The translations under genes and the position numbers were made by a program. A stretch of DNA of 63,162 bases, filler included, from Lenisia limosa (taxonomy: Eukaryota; Protista; Breviatea), in the NCBI GenBank assembly GCA_001655205.1. It is 14 parts of 14 records of this genome, joined end to end, with 100 filler letters (N's around TTAATTAATTAA, not from the genome) between each part and the next. Parts side by side here need not be neighbours in the genome. Positions count along the whole stretch, not along the records: positions 22,190 to 26,127 come from LPNZ01005797.1; positions 26,228 to 27,842 come from LPNZ01006632.1; positions 27,943 to 37,186 come from LPNZ01008013.1; 11 more parts are not named here. One strand, given 5' to 3'. The notes under the pieces are model-generated. The model was given only the letters and a program-made list of their open reading frames with translations, searched no databases and was not told the DNA's origin. Within the stretch, counting starts at the first letter, position 1, and the number at the start of each line of letters is the position of its first letter. Positions 22,253-34,375 of the stretch are shown here, piece after piece.

Positions 22253-25200
22253 TCAATTGGTACCTCTATTCCTGCCAGCAATCATCAGGTCCCCTCTGAC
22301 CTTGGCAAAGGTGGAGCAGAGATGCTCGTGTAATCCCTGGAGGTCTGGCGGGCATATTTTGCCATGAACTTCAAGGCCCTTCTCAAGCAGCTCGACGTGC
22401 GTCTGAAAATATTNNNNNNNNNNNNNNNNNNNNNNNNNNNNNNNNNNNNNNNNNNNNNNNNNNNNNNNNNNNNNNNNNNNNNNNNNNNNNNNNNNNNNNN
22501 NNNNNNNNNNNNNNNNNNNNNNNNNNNNNNNNNNNNNNNNNNNNNNNNNAGCAAAAACTGGACCAGACCATATCACATCTAATCTCAGCAGCACATTGCT
22601 AGATTATTCACCAAAATTCCTTTGAACACACCCGAAGCCCCCATACCTTGAGTGACTTTCTCAGGTGATTGACCAAGTTGACATGGTCGGGGTTTTTCTC
22701 CAGATATTCGGGGCTAAAGAATACGGACTCGTACATTGACACACCTTGGGGGTTAATAGGCGACTAATCCAGGCAAAAAGAGGCATGGGAAATTGAAAGT
22801 TGAATTATCTTAAGATATACTGTCTTTGAATTTGAGGCGAAGCCCATTAATACAGAACCAAGTACACATGTCATCATATCATCATATCATACTTATAAAC
22901 CCAAGAAAAGATTCTTCAATAAAATACTTCTGTATTGCCCACACACCGCCATTGACAGCTGCATCGACAGTGCCATTCATGACCATGGTGAAGGGCGAAG
23001 AGTACACCGCGCCCGGTGCGGCCTGGTTGGCTGTCATCGATATCAGCTCGCCGTTCTTCTCATCAACGCTCTTGAGGGCACACTCCAGGGGGCAAACCTG
23101 GGGGGGGGGGGNNNNNNNNNNNNNNNNNNNNNNNNNNNNNNNNNNNNNNNNNNNNNNNNNNNNNNNNNNNNNNNNNNNNNNNNNNNNNNNNNNNNNNNNN
23201 NNNNNNNNNNNNNNNNNNNNNNNNNGATGGAAAAATATAGGAATGATTATACAAATCACAGATCATTTAGTTTAAGACCATGATCAAATAGTTCCATAGT
23301 TTTGCGCATGCTTACCTCCTTAATTCTCGTTTCAACGATCTTGGATCTTCGATGGATGGTGGGGAAGGCCGACTCAGTGACGTAGAACGTTTTTTCAAGC
23401 CAAAGCGAGGCAAACTCGTTTTGCTTGATCTCCTCCTTGGACCCCTTCTGGACAGGCCTGTCATAGACGAACTCGTTGACGTCGGTGTGGTTGCGGTTCT
23501 TGACCACCACTTCGGGTAGGCCCTCGGAGTCAACATCTTTACTGGGGGGGGGGGGGGGAANNNNNNNNNNNNNNNNNNNNNNNNNNNNNNNNNNNNNNNN
23601 NNNNNNNNNNNNNNNNNNNNNNNNNNNNNNNNNNNNNNNNNNNNNNNNNNNNNNNNNNNNNNNNNNNNNNNNNNNNNNNNNNNNNNNNNNNNNNNNNNNG
23701 GGGAAAAAATAAAGGAGCCCAAAATCTGTTTGAGACAATATTCGATGCTAAGAGAGCGATATGAGAATTTTTGTATCTGAAAGTCATAAGACACTTATTT
23801 AACTCATTTTATTTGTACGGCATGTTGAAATATAAGATGAAGTTGCTCCAAAAAAAAAAAAAAAACCCATTCCCAAACAAGCCCCCCAACGCAGTAAGAA
23901 CACGATAGATCTGAATGTGTTGTTGGGGGCTATCAAGGTGCTCCTTGGTGGGCGGGGTGGTAAATTTTAGCAGCTCGGCCTGTATCGAAATAATTGGACT
24001 GTACTACAGACGAAATGCTTAAATATTGATTTTCGTTCGGGAAATAAAGCGAAAAGAATGACCGCATACGAGAGGGAACTTGGCCATGATTCTGTTAGTG
24101 AAATCTGGTAACTTCTCCATTTCCGCTCCTCTGTAGATGTAGGCCTGGTTTCGCATACTGCCAGGGAAGCCCTGTGCAGGTTACAGTGTTTATATCATAT
24201 ACAGGCGGACTATAAATACACCCAAAACCTCTCTCCACCATCCCCCACCCACCTGGCCATAGTACCCGACGCGGAAGTATTCGGAGTAGAACCTGTCGAT
24301 TGAGCCAATCTTCTTGTAGAAGCCGCCCATACGGTCAAGTATACGCCCAACCTGGGGTGGATCAGAGGGTGGTTGTGACAACTTTTTTTCTTCTAAGTCA
24401 TATTATAACGCACTATTGTACAAGAACATGAATGAAACTCGTAATCATCATCATATAAATGAATAAAAATTCTGCTGTTTAAAGGACTATGTCATACGTT
24501 GAAACAAACTGATTTGTTCTACAACTTCATTCAAACTGCTTCATACGTCACCCAGCATACATCCATATAGAGATACTTGGCCTCGTAATGTTGTCTCAGC
24601 TCCTTCATCAGCGCAAGTCCATGCTCCCACGCAGACGCTTTGTCTGGAACATGTCAGAGAGGATGGGAAATGTATCCCTTAAGTTTGTGCAAATATCTTT
24701 AAATGTCGATTTTTTCCTTAAATGATCCCACGCCGCACCGAATAAGGTGACGACTTCCTCCAATAGAGCGGCCTTGTCTTGTTCACTGGCGTCGTTGGCA
24801 AGGGACTAAAGAGACATGAGAAGGACTGAATGTTACAAAATAGTCACAACATAGTAAACATAATACTCGGCATCAATCACCAATAAATGTAATAGAAGTC
24901 AGGTAGAAGAGAACCATGTCGGTTTCAGTGATTTCCTCAGGACCCTCATATGGAAGATGATCTCATAATGCGCAGTATCAAGCAGCTGAAGGTATCGCAT
25001 ACCTTTTCGGGGATTGAGTCGAAGGACAGTAAGTTAGCCTGCATAAGGATGGTCAGTCCAGCCTCCATGAAGTTACCAGCGGACTCATGCATGTCGGCTA
25101 NNNNNNNNNNNNNNNNNNNNNNNNNNNNNNNNNNNNNNNNNNNNNNNNNNNNNNNNNNNNNNNNNNNNNNNNNCAGATACCCCCTTTTTTTCTCATTGCA

Positions 25201-25900
25201 AATTATTTGTAAGGAGAGGATTTTATGGAATTATTGAGACTAGCTAGTTCAAAAGAGAACAGATTACTGTATTAATCAAACTACAACAAACAAGACAGCC
25301 ACAGCTCCCACTTGATGTAGGTTGTGAATTGACCGCACTTCTTAAGGAAACTCATCATTTTCATTGTCGCAATAGTGCGATCATCTTCGTACTCCGTGCC
25401 TTCTGGGAGACTCCTGGAAAGTGCCATTATCAAAAAATAAAAAAACATTGATAATAATTATTATACTAATATGCAATTTCCTTTTCTTTGGTAAACGTTT
25501 CAGCAGGATATAATAAAAGTAACATATTACGACAATTTGATTGATTGTGGAACTCAAAATTTTTGTATCTAAAGCTCAGTACAAGTACACTCACATTGAA
25601 GCCTTCTTTACCATCCCAAAGCCCTCATACTCAAGTTGCAGCCGCAGACGAGAGAGTGCCTTCAAATCCTCAACAAACTGCTTGCCTAGTTTGTAACAAA
25701 CAGACCAAATGACAATATACACGTTACGGAGCAAATGAGAATGTTCTTACGACTACTCATTTGTTAAAGCTCATTGTAAACCGTGAGTGTTATAGCGATA
25801 TGAAAGGAGTATAATACTTCATTAGTCCGGTACTTGGTATTATCAGAATGGAAAACGATCGCTACTTTTGCGTTTCCCTGCAAACAAGGAGGCAATACCC
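22253..25900 (-). CDS. DOCK-family (DOCK180/DOCK1-5-like) Rac GEF, DHR-2 C-terminal part
   Basis: EDDRTIATMKMMSFLKK; AWEHGLALMKELRQHYE; FYSEYFRVGYYGQ; YIYRGAEMEKLPDF; FVYDRPVQKG..NEFASLWLEKT..FPTIHRRS; PLECALKSVDEKN; MNGTVDAAVNGG; GLEVHGKICPPDLQGLHEHL. Confidence 0.92.
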
Positions 25901-26127
25901 TAGCACCTACCATTAGGGAAAGCCTTGACGATGTTCTTGACCTCATGTACAAGCCAATAGGCCGTGTCTGGTGATGACGACGACGTAATCGCACTATCCA
26001 AACCCTCGATAGCGTTGGTCTCAAGAATCGAACTGCCTGAAGAGGATGACACAATGTTACTGAACAATCACATTCAACACATTCAACACACTGGAACCGA
26101 ATGAATAATGAATACATCTGTAACACT

Positions 26128-26227
26128 NNNNNNNNNNNNNNNNNNNNNNNNNNNNNNNNNNNNNNNNNNNNTTAATTAATTAANNNNNNNNNNNNNNNNN
26201 NNNNNNNNNNNNNNNNNNNNNNNNNNN
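26128..26227. other. Artificial contig spacer 5
   Basis: 44 N + TTAATTAATTAA + 44 N. Confidence 0.97.
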
Positions 26228-26349
26228 CAGTCTCTAACAGGGGGTGAAGATGATGATGAAGGTATTGAAGGTGGTGAAGATGCTAAAGATGATGGTGGTG
26301 AAGATGGTGGTGAAGATGGTGGAGGAGCCATAGACCTAATCCCACCCCC

Positions 26350-27842
26350 ACTTTTCTTCCAATGTCAGTAATTTCGCAGTCTTCTTCGCTGCAGGACATG
26401 ACAAATCGATTAAATAACTCCCAAGGAACTGTCACTCCATAGGAGCCAAACTGGAGGGGTGTGAAATAAATAAATTTTAATAATAATAATAAAAAAACTT
26501 GAAAAAATAAACATCATATTCATATGATATACAAGTATGATACAATACAATAAAAAAATAATCTGTTCATATGAAACATTACTATGGCTTTTATTAGCTC
26601 CTTGTTCTGAAATGATCTGAAGCCAAGGCTTCACTTCGGTCTGAAAAGACCGGTAAAGTATCGATAGTTTTCGGAGATTTATCGAGATATTCAGTCTTTT
26701 TTGGACCGAAGTGAAGCCCAGGAATGGATGGGGGGGGGGACCAGAGCATTGTCAAACTGAGCGAATTCGTTTGGGATAGAACATTTATGTAGGGTAATCT
26801 GAAATCAGCCCCATACTTTCTCCAACGCCTTCCAGCAATCACGTTCGAACAGACAAGTTGCAATTGCATGAGGCTTCATCTGGAGTGGGGTAACAAGAAA
26901 TTGAATATGATACAACACATACAGTAGATAAGACTAGGGCTTCACTTCGGTTCAAAAAAAGACTTAATTTCTCGTGAAATCCTCAAAAACTACCGATATT
27001 TTACCGGTCTTTTTCGAACCGAAGTGAAACCCTAGTAACAGGAGTTCAGGAAAATTGAATAATGATACTACTCAAACAGTAGATGAGAGGAATAACAAAA
27101 GATTTATAAATTGTCATATTAACGATAATTTCAACTTTGACAGTAGGGAAGTCCTAAGTGAGAGATTATCATGATTTATGTGACAAGAGAAGAAAGTAAC
27201 GAAAGGGGTGACAACAGCTTGATTAATTAGAAAATCAAGATTAAACTCGGTCCCCCTGTTTCGTAAATACCCCCCCCCCCTCCAACAGATTCACTGAGTT
27301 TAACGATCCTTTGCNNNNNNNNNNNNNNNNNNNNNNNNNNNNNNNNNNNNNAAGGCATCGGCTGTGGTGGCAATGGCGTTGTCGGTCCAGGTGTTAACCA
27401 TGATCATCAGGATTGTAACTGGATTGGGTGTGAAAAAGAGAGAATTCTCATAAAATTTTTTGCGAATGTTTGACAGCTATGATTTTTTATGAGACTTTTG
27501 TGTTAATGCATAGTGTTGACCATAATCATAAGAATTATCCTGGACATTGTGAAAAAGAAAGAGATAATTCACATAAAATTTGTGAATGTCTACAACAGAC
27601 ATTTGAGTTTTGAACAATATTGAATAAACACACTCACTCCCCTCCCATTTTTAACCCGTGTGCGTTCCCCAAATGCTTAGCCAAGTTGATTCTGGGTTTT
27701 TGTTTCAATTTTCCAATATTACCCCACACACACACCTGCATTTAGTTACGTTTTGCTACAATACTCCCACCTCCAAGTTGGCCTTCGAAAATCTTGGTAA
27801 CGGCACCTCCCATAGTCATTACCGTGTCCATGTACTTCATGA
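26350..27842 (-). CDS. Hypothetical multi-exon gene (tentative)
   Basis: Splice-bounded open segments VTILMIMVNTWTDNAIATTADA, HAIATCLFERDCWKALEK and ITLHKCSIPNEFAQFDNAL. No family recognised. Confidence 0.3.
26624..26720. mobile_element. R1 MITE copy
   Basis: Both TIRs and the core are present; no clear TSD. Confidence 0.8.
26935..27034. mobile_element. R1 MITE copy
   Basis: TAGGGCTTCACTTCGGTTCAAAAA … TTTTTCGAACCGAAGTGAAACCCTA. Confidence 0.85.
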
Positions 27843-27942
27843 NNNNNNNNNNNNNNNNNNNNNNNNNNNNNNNNNNNNNNNNNNNNTTAATTAATTAANN
27901 NNNNNNNNNNNNNNNNNNNNNNNNNNNNNNNNNNNNNNNNNN
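27843..27942. other. Artificial contig spacer 6
   Basis: 44 N + TTAATTAATTAA + 44 N. Confidence 0.97.
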
Positions 27943-28339
27943 TAAGAGATATTGGATTATAGTATAATATCATTTGCCACACAACTCTGTGCACACAGCT
28001 TTCCTCAATAAGTATGGTTAATATTACAAAAAAAGATATTAACTCTGAATTTGAAGGTATTATTAGTCCTTGTCGGAATGATCCCCTATTATCTCCGTTT
28101 AAAATATATATACGAAGTAATTTGGTCATATTATCAGTGAATATGGGACAAGAGAGTTAATAGAAAGTATGAGGAGCATATAAACATGATAGTGGAGGTG
28201 GGGGGACACGAAGTGATGTGATATAAAAGAGCAAAGGAAAAAATAAATCTCCAAATCATATATAATATATGTACTATGTGGAAAAGAGAAATAAAACAAG
28301 GATGATATATAAAATGCATTAAATTCCTCCGCCCTTCGA

Positions 28340-30125
28340 ACTTTTCAGTCCGTTCAAACAGTATTCCAGTGCCTTCTCCAGGTTTTGAACCTTTAACGCT
28401 GCTTGCATCCCCCTGTGTAGGTCAGCGATCAAAGATCAAATAATTTCTTGTTTGTTTGAGGGAAAAGAGAAGAAAGGCCTTTTAAACGCATCCAATGCTG
28501 TAGGTGACCTGATGCTGAAGGAAAAAATCGATTTATCAAGACAGCTGTATACCTCGATAGCTCGAAGGATAAGAATTTGGATCTCGGTGTGTGTGAACAT
28601 ATTATATGTATCATCTGAATGATGGGAAAAGAGAAGAAAGCCCCCCTTCACCAGCATTGAATAAATGGCTTAGGACCCCTTCCCACCGAATAAATGGCTT
28701 AGGACCAAGAGACCCTCCATCGGGCATAATCTTCAGAGACTCATTTACGTCCTAAATCGACATTACGGGGAGTAAAATGGGAAAATTTATGAAACAAAAA
28801 CAAAAAGACCAAAAACAACAAAACAAAGCCAAAATTCAGTCTTTTTTCGAACCGAAGTGAAGCCCTAGGGGTAGGGGGATATAATGGAAATCTTTTATGG
28901 GGGAGTCACAGTGTAGGAAGCATCATGTATACTAAATTCACATGAATCCTGGGGTAGCAGCAAACCTCCATCGCCTTGCCATAGTTTTTGAGTCTCATTT
29001 GTACCAGTGCACGGTTGCAATACACCACGGCTGTTTGTCCAATGTTTGAAGATTTTGAACCGATGGCTGAAACCGTCAAAACAAGAGGGAAAGGCCAAGT
29101 AAAATAAATAGGGATCACACGTCTGAACTCCCGACCACCCCCACCCACATTTTGTGTAATACTCCAGAGCGTCAGGAAGTCTCTTTTCCCTAAATGACTC
29201 GTCGCCATGATTCTTGAAATTTGTTGCCTGAACCAGTCAAAATGGCGGTTATTATGCTTAGGGCTTCACTTCGGTTCAAAAAGTTTTCGAAGATTTATCG
29301 AGAAATTCACTCTTTTTTGAACCGAAGTGAATCCCTAATTGTGTTCCATGAAAGTTTCCATTTCATGAAGAGCAGAAAGAACGGCTACAAGTGCGACGAG
29401 AGGGGGATGGTCCATATGAAATACTATTTCAATAGTGTCTTATAAAATTGTCTTATGTACATAAAAGTATGTACTTTGTGGTGTGCAAAAGGTCACATGT
29501 TGGAGTCATGATTTCTTTTGTCCCGGGACCCACAAGCTCCTCCGGGGTACATTCATTTATGAGTTCCTGGATTGCATCCATTGTGGGATGGCTCGGATCC
29601 GACGGCATTTCTGTCCAAAAGAGGGGATTGTCCATTTCTGTGGGGGGGGGGGGGGNNNNNNNNNNNNNNNNNNNNNNNNNNNNNNNNNNNNNNNNNNNNN
29701 NNNNNNNNNNNNNNNNNNNNNNNNNNNNNNNNNNNNNNNNNNNNNNNNNNNNNNNNNNNNNNNNNNNNNNNNNNNNNNNNNNNNNNNNNNNNNNNNNNNN
29801 NNNNNNNNNNNNNNNNNNNNNNNNNNNNNNNNNNNNNNNNNNNNNNNNNNNNNNNNNNNNNNNNNNNNNNNNNNNNNNNNNNNNNNNNNNNNNNNNAAGA
29901 GCTGATTTGGTAAAGATACGTTTTGGAGAGGAGGAGGCTGAAATAAGTAGGAGAGGTACGCAAGAAAGTATCTACAAGAACAATATCAACATAATCAAGC
30001 TGAACCAGCCTACCCTGATCCGTGCGGTTGACCTTGAGCCACTGCGCAAACGTCAATGGCCCTTCAAGCTTGTCATCCTCGTCATCAAGCACCGCACCGG
30101 GGAGATAGGGTCTGTCTTCTTCCAT
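28340..30125 (-). CDS. TTC4/Cns1-like TPR co-chaperone (5' part)
   Basis: Exons 30125-30033, 29637-29534, 29227-29149, 29066-28966, 28751-28687 and 28412-~28340 give DNPLFWTEMP..TPEELATNFKNHGDESFREKRLPDALEYYTK..AVVYCNRALVQMRLKNYGKAMEDVNESLKI..PFIRGMQAALKVQNLEKALEYCLNGLK. The last five are phase-compatible; a small exon is inferred in the gap after exon 1. Confidence 0.85.
28766..28867. repeat. R3 3' module fused to half an R1 MITE
   Basis: ggggagtaaaatgggaaaatttatgaaacaaaa (28768-28800) followed by aaattcagtcttttttcgaaccgaagtgaagcccta (28832-28867). Confidence 0.8.
29259..29337. mobile_element. R1 MITE, internally deleted
   Basis: Both TIRs; flanks attatgct/attgtgtt (6/8). Confidence 0.85.
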
Positions 30126-30969
30126 CTGAACGATCATTACTGCTAGCCGAGGCCGTGAGAGGGTGTGATATAAGGACAGGGATTACAGATGACATGGTAT
30201 CATGTATGTGTGTATTGTAATAATACATATGATATTATACATTGTACATAGTATATTACTCTGTGTGTACTGTATCATAATACCAGAGTTTAAGCACGAT
30301 AATATCATATAGAAGATGAGCAGACTGATCAGTTGCATGCAAAAAGAGGGGATCATGACAAAGTAGCATCAAAAAATGTGACAACCATGTTCATATGAAC
30401 CGAAGCTTGTTAGTAGAGGAGAAGATGAGTAGAAGAGCGATCGACAAGCCCTGTTCATAGAACACTATCAAGAAACATAAGGCATGTGCAACGGCCTATT
30501 TAACCCGCTTTGCCCTGCCCGCGCTCACGTTTTGATCCGCTAGATAAGTACCTGTCTATTGGAAGTGAAAAGGCCTTCGGAGGGGAACTTTTTGCTCAAA
30601 AGCAGCGCGAAATGGCGCAAACGCCAGCCTTATTACAAGGATCTTTCGTGACCAAAGCCTCCTTCTGAGTATATTCCTATACTAGTTGTACATATTAAAG
30701 TGATTAAACAGGCTAAAAAGGGATAAAAGTCCTAAGTCTCATGATATCGGGGATCATTAGGACTCTCCAAAAGTAGTCATCAGTAGTCATATCCATCAAG
30801 TCGGGAGGCTTCGCTTCTATTCGTCAAGCAAGCGCCAAGGCTTTGAATCTGGAAGGTATGTTAATTTGAGGGTTTAATATGAAAATTGGTAAGTTGCTGT
30901 TTATGATGATGGAATATTCTTTTATTTCAAATTATGTTGTGGCATATATCATATATTTGATCATACCAG

Positions 30970-33900
30970 ATGGAAGATCTTCATGACGATGGTGATTTTG
31001 ATGTGGACTTTGACGATAGTGACAGCATTGATCTAGGGATCCATTCAGACTCCGATGTGGGTTGGCACTTCGCTTTAGTGGTTTTCTTATTTGAACATTA
31101 TCAAAACGGAATAATAGTACTGTGTGGTTTGGCTTTTTTCATGATAGGGACTTAGACATTATGGCGAAATGAGGATATTAATGTCACGAATTGCTCTTAT
31201 GACGGCTTCAGCCAAATACTACTTATTTTATTATCTCTACATTTAATGAATGACAATGCCATGATGAGTTACTTTAACAAGGATGGTGTTCTGAGTTAAT
31301 TTAATATACGTGAATAACTGTATTAAGGTTTTTGCTCAACAATCCAGGACAGTCAAGATGACAACGATTGTGAGAACAAAGTAACCGAGGGGAAAGGAGA
31401 AGATAGTGGCAATGCTGTAGTCGATGAAAAGGCAGAAGAGAAAGAGAAGAAAGAAGAAGAGAAAGAGAAGAAAGAAGAAGAGAAGAAGGAAGAAGAAAAA
31501 GAAGAAGAGAAGAAGGAAGAAGAAGAAGGGAAGAAGGAAGAAAAAGAAGGGGAGAAAAAGGAAGAGAAGAAGGAAGAAGAAGAAGGGAAGAAGGAAGAGA
31601 AGAAGGAAGAAAATGCTGTGGTAGCCAAAGGGTATGGTGATAGTGAAGGTGAAGTTGAGATAAAGAATAAAGAAGAGAAGGCGGAACAAAACACAGAAAA
31701 GATGTCCGAAGCAGGATCGTCATCGAACCATGTCAATTTTAACGCCATTCCTTCCAATGGAAGAACAGAAAAGTCGCCAAATGACCATAAGGAGACCCAA
31801 GAAAACGCAAAAGTAGGCTTGGGCAGCTTTTTGAACTTTTTGGATCATTATTTTGTTTTGACCGACTTTCGAGTCGAATTGATGAACTAAGATAGCATAA
31901 GGAGAAGTTAACACAGAATTACCCCAAAAGTGGTATTGTTATGTTGTTTTTAAGGCTTCACTTCGGTTCGGGAAAATATCGATAGATTTCGAGGATTTAT
32001 CGAGAAATTCAGTCTTTTTTCGAACCGAAGTGAAGCCCTAAGTATTGCCAAACGATAACAACTTTTTGCAGTAAAGTCTCCATTGAAACTAGGATCATAG
32101 AGATCCAGCCCCCCCCCCCTAGGTGCTGTTGATGGCTTCGGTCAGCCACAATGTCCCTTCATATTTTGACAGTTTTTGTTGTCAACATCGCATAGTAAGC
32201 TTGACCTCTCCAGAGCCCTCCATGCCCCAATCTGCAGCCTGACTCCGGCGAAACTTTTGAACTGACTCATGATGAGTCTTTTGACTTACTCTCTCCTCGC
32301 GCTGCCACGGATGATGATCATGATAATGATGCCTTCAAGACGCCACAGAAGAAGACGAGGATATTGCCATCGGACAGTTTCGATGTTATTGATGAGGAAG
32401 GAGGTAGTGGCTAGTTCATGACCAAAATTACTTTTCTCAATGAAATCCATTATTTCGTTTTGGCGTTTTCAGACCGATTTGTATGTTTACCAATGATTGC
32501 AACCCTAAACATCTAAATTATGAACAACATTTTGTCAGCTTATTCCAATGTTACCGCCAGAGTGGATCCATTACTAAGCCATTTAGATTTGGCCGTGGAG
32601 GCGGCGAAAGCCCTCACAAAAGACGATCTTGTCAAAATAGTGAAACTGCGGAACTGTATTATTGGTTGGCGTTCGCAATCAAGTACATTGTGATATTGGT
32701 GAACTACCTTTGATAAACTGCTGGTTTGGACGGTTTCGGCCGGATATGTTTTAATAGTAATTTCTACATTCACATATCATATTAGAAAATCTAGAGCGTA
32801 GTGCCTTTCTAACCCATTAGGCCTCAAAACTTTGAGTTTACCAAGCCTTTTGATAGAACTTGTACTTGACAATATTGTAGGTCTAAAGGACTTGCTTTGG
32901 TAATCCAGTTAGTTTGTCCGCTCTAAACACAAAACACAACAGAAGTTCAATTGCTTTTCCTTCATTCTTAATAAACTGAATCTTCTATAAATATATGTAC
33001 GTAGATCAATACTTCCCCAGATTTTTCAGACAATAATTGTAATACCGTTACCCATTAGGGCTTGACTGTTTTACCCCCCTTGAAGCTTCCTCATTTACAG
33101 TCTCTGTTTGTGGGACTTTGTTTTAGCTTTTAATCTCATTTTCTCATTGATTATATTGACCGATTTGCTATGTGTCCTAAGGGAAATAGATCAAGAACAT
33201 CAACAGAGTATCAGAGCTCCAGGAAGAAATTATGTGTCATCACATCCTCAGGACTCTCCGCAACAATTCCCTGAGGACGCTAAAAGGCATTGAGCATTGC
33301 TACTCCCTCGAGAGTCTTGACGTCAGCTTCAATCGCCTCACTAAAGTGACCCATCTGGAGACTTTGGTGAACTTATCAACGTGAGGAGGTTGATTAGAGG
33401 GCATATAGTGCATTATAAATAGAGTTTCACTTCGGCTCGAAAAAGACCGGTAAAATATCGATAGTTTTCGAGGATTTATCGAGAAATTCAGTCTTTTTTT
33501 AGAACCAAAGTGAAACCCTAATTATTAAATCTGTACCAAATTGCCTTGCTCATTCGTTACCTTGCCTCAAAAAAAAACTATCCCTGCACAAGCATCAAAA
33601 ATATAAACCAATATTAGCATCAACTTACTTCTAGGCTGAACATCGCACATAATCGTTTCACCTCAGCCCTCTCTCTTCGCACCCTCTCCATCAACATGAA
33701 CCTCCGATCTGTATCAGCAGAAGGCAACCCTGTTTCGTTGTTTGAGGGCGTTTTGACCTCTTTGGGTGCAAAAAATGATCTACAGAGAAATGTTACTATT
33801 TTCAACAACAAGGTTGTATCTGACCGAAGCCGTCCANNNNNNNNNNNNNNNNNNNNNNNNNNNNNNNNNNNNNNNNNNNNNNNNNNNNNNNNNNNNNNNN

Positions 33901-34130
33901 NNNNNNNNNNNNNNNNNTAGCCTTATACTTCAGGGTTGTTTAGGCTCACTGCATCCGCAATAATATCAGTATTTCCAGATCTCTCAGGGAATTTGACTCT
34001 TCGAGGGGATAAAGTTGGGCACTTTTTTTTTGTTTCCTTTTTCTATAAAATATTAAATAGTGGTAAAATGACTGTTTCAGGACTAAGGGATTTCGATGCG
34101 GGCTTTCAAACATCGTGCCACATCTCTTGT
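30970..34130 (+). CDS. LRR protein (SDS22-like repeats + LRRcap) with acidic, E/K-rich N-terminus
   Basis: GLTVLPPLKLPHLQSLF; TLRNNSLRTLKGIEHCYSLESLDVSFNRLTKVTHLETLVNLST; LNIAHNRFTS..LRSVSAEGNPV; SAIISVFPDL. The upstream exon has an EEKEKKEEE tract at 31424-31610. Start codon uncertain. Confidence 0.7.
31951..32040. mobile_element. R1 MITE copy
   Basis: Both TIRs; intronic. Confidence 0.85.
33420..33520. mobile_element. R1 MITE copy
   Basis: Both TIRs; flanks attataaa/attattaa (7/8). Confidence 0.88.
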
Positions 34131-34257
34131 TCGTTAATGGAGAAAGTATGGGGTGTGGGCATGTTTCCTTTGTTTCACACAGAAAATATCAAGGTTTCCA
34201 GTGTACTGAACTAACATTCCTGCTGTCCTCCCAACTAATTTTCACCCCCCCCCCTAA

Positions 34258-34375
34258 ACGGGATGTGGTGCTGCAGAAGCGACTGGACTTTGCTTTTTTT
34301 TTGTTTTGTTGTTATCCAAGAGAGTTGATTTGGGCTTTTTTGTTTCATAAATTTTCCAATTTCACTCCCCCCCTC
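34258..34375 (+). repeat. R3 element (internally shortened)
   Basis: gggatgtggtgctgcagaagcgactgg…gagttgatttgggcttttttgtttcataaattttccaatttcactccccccctc, then a gap. Confidence 0.8.

Noticed and set aside
29641-29896. N gaps systematically abutting G/C homopolymers
   Set aside because: This is best explained by sequencing dropout at homopolymers. It makes run lengths unreliable but is not itself biology.
31301-31757. Long F/L/S-rich minus-strand ORFs and a poly-K/R plus-strand ORF in the ORF track
   Set aside because: These are shadow frames of the E/K-rich exon. Only the frame starting DSQDDND is splice-compatible.
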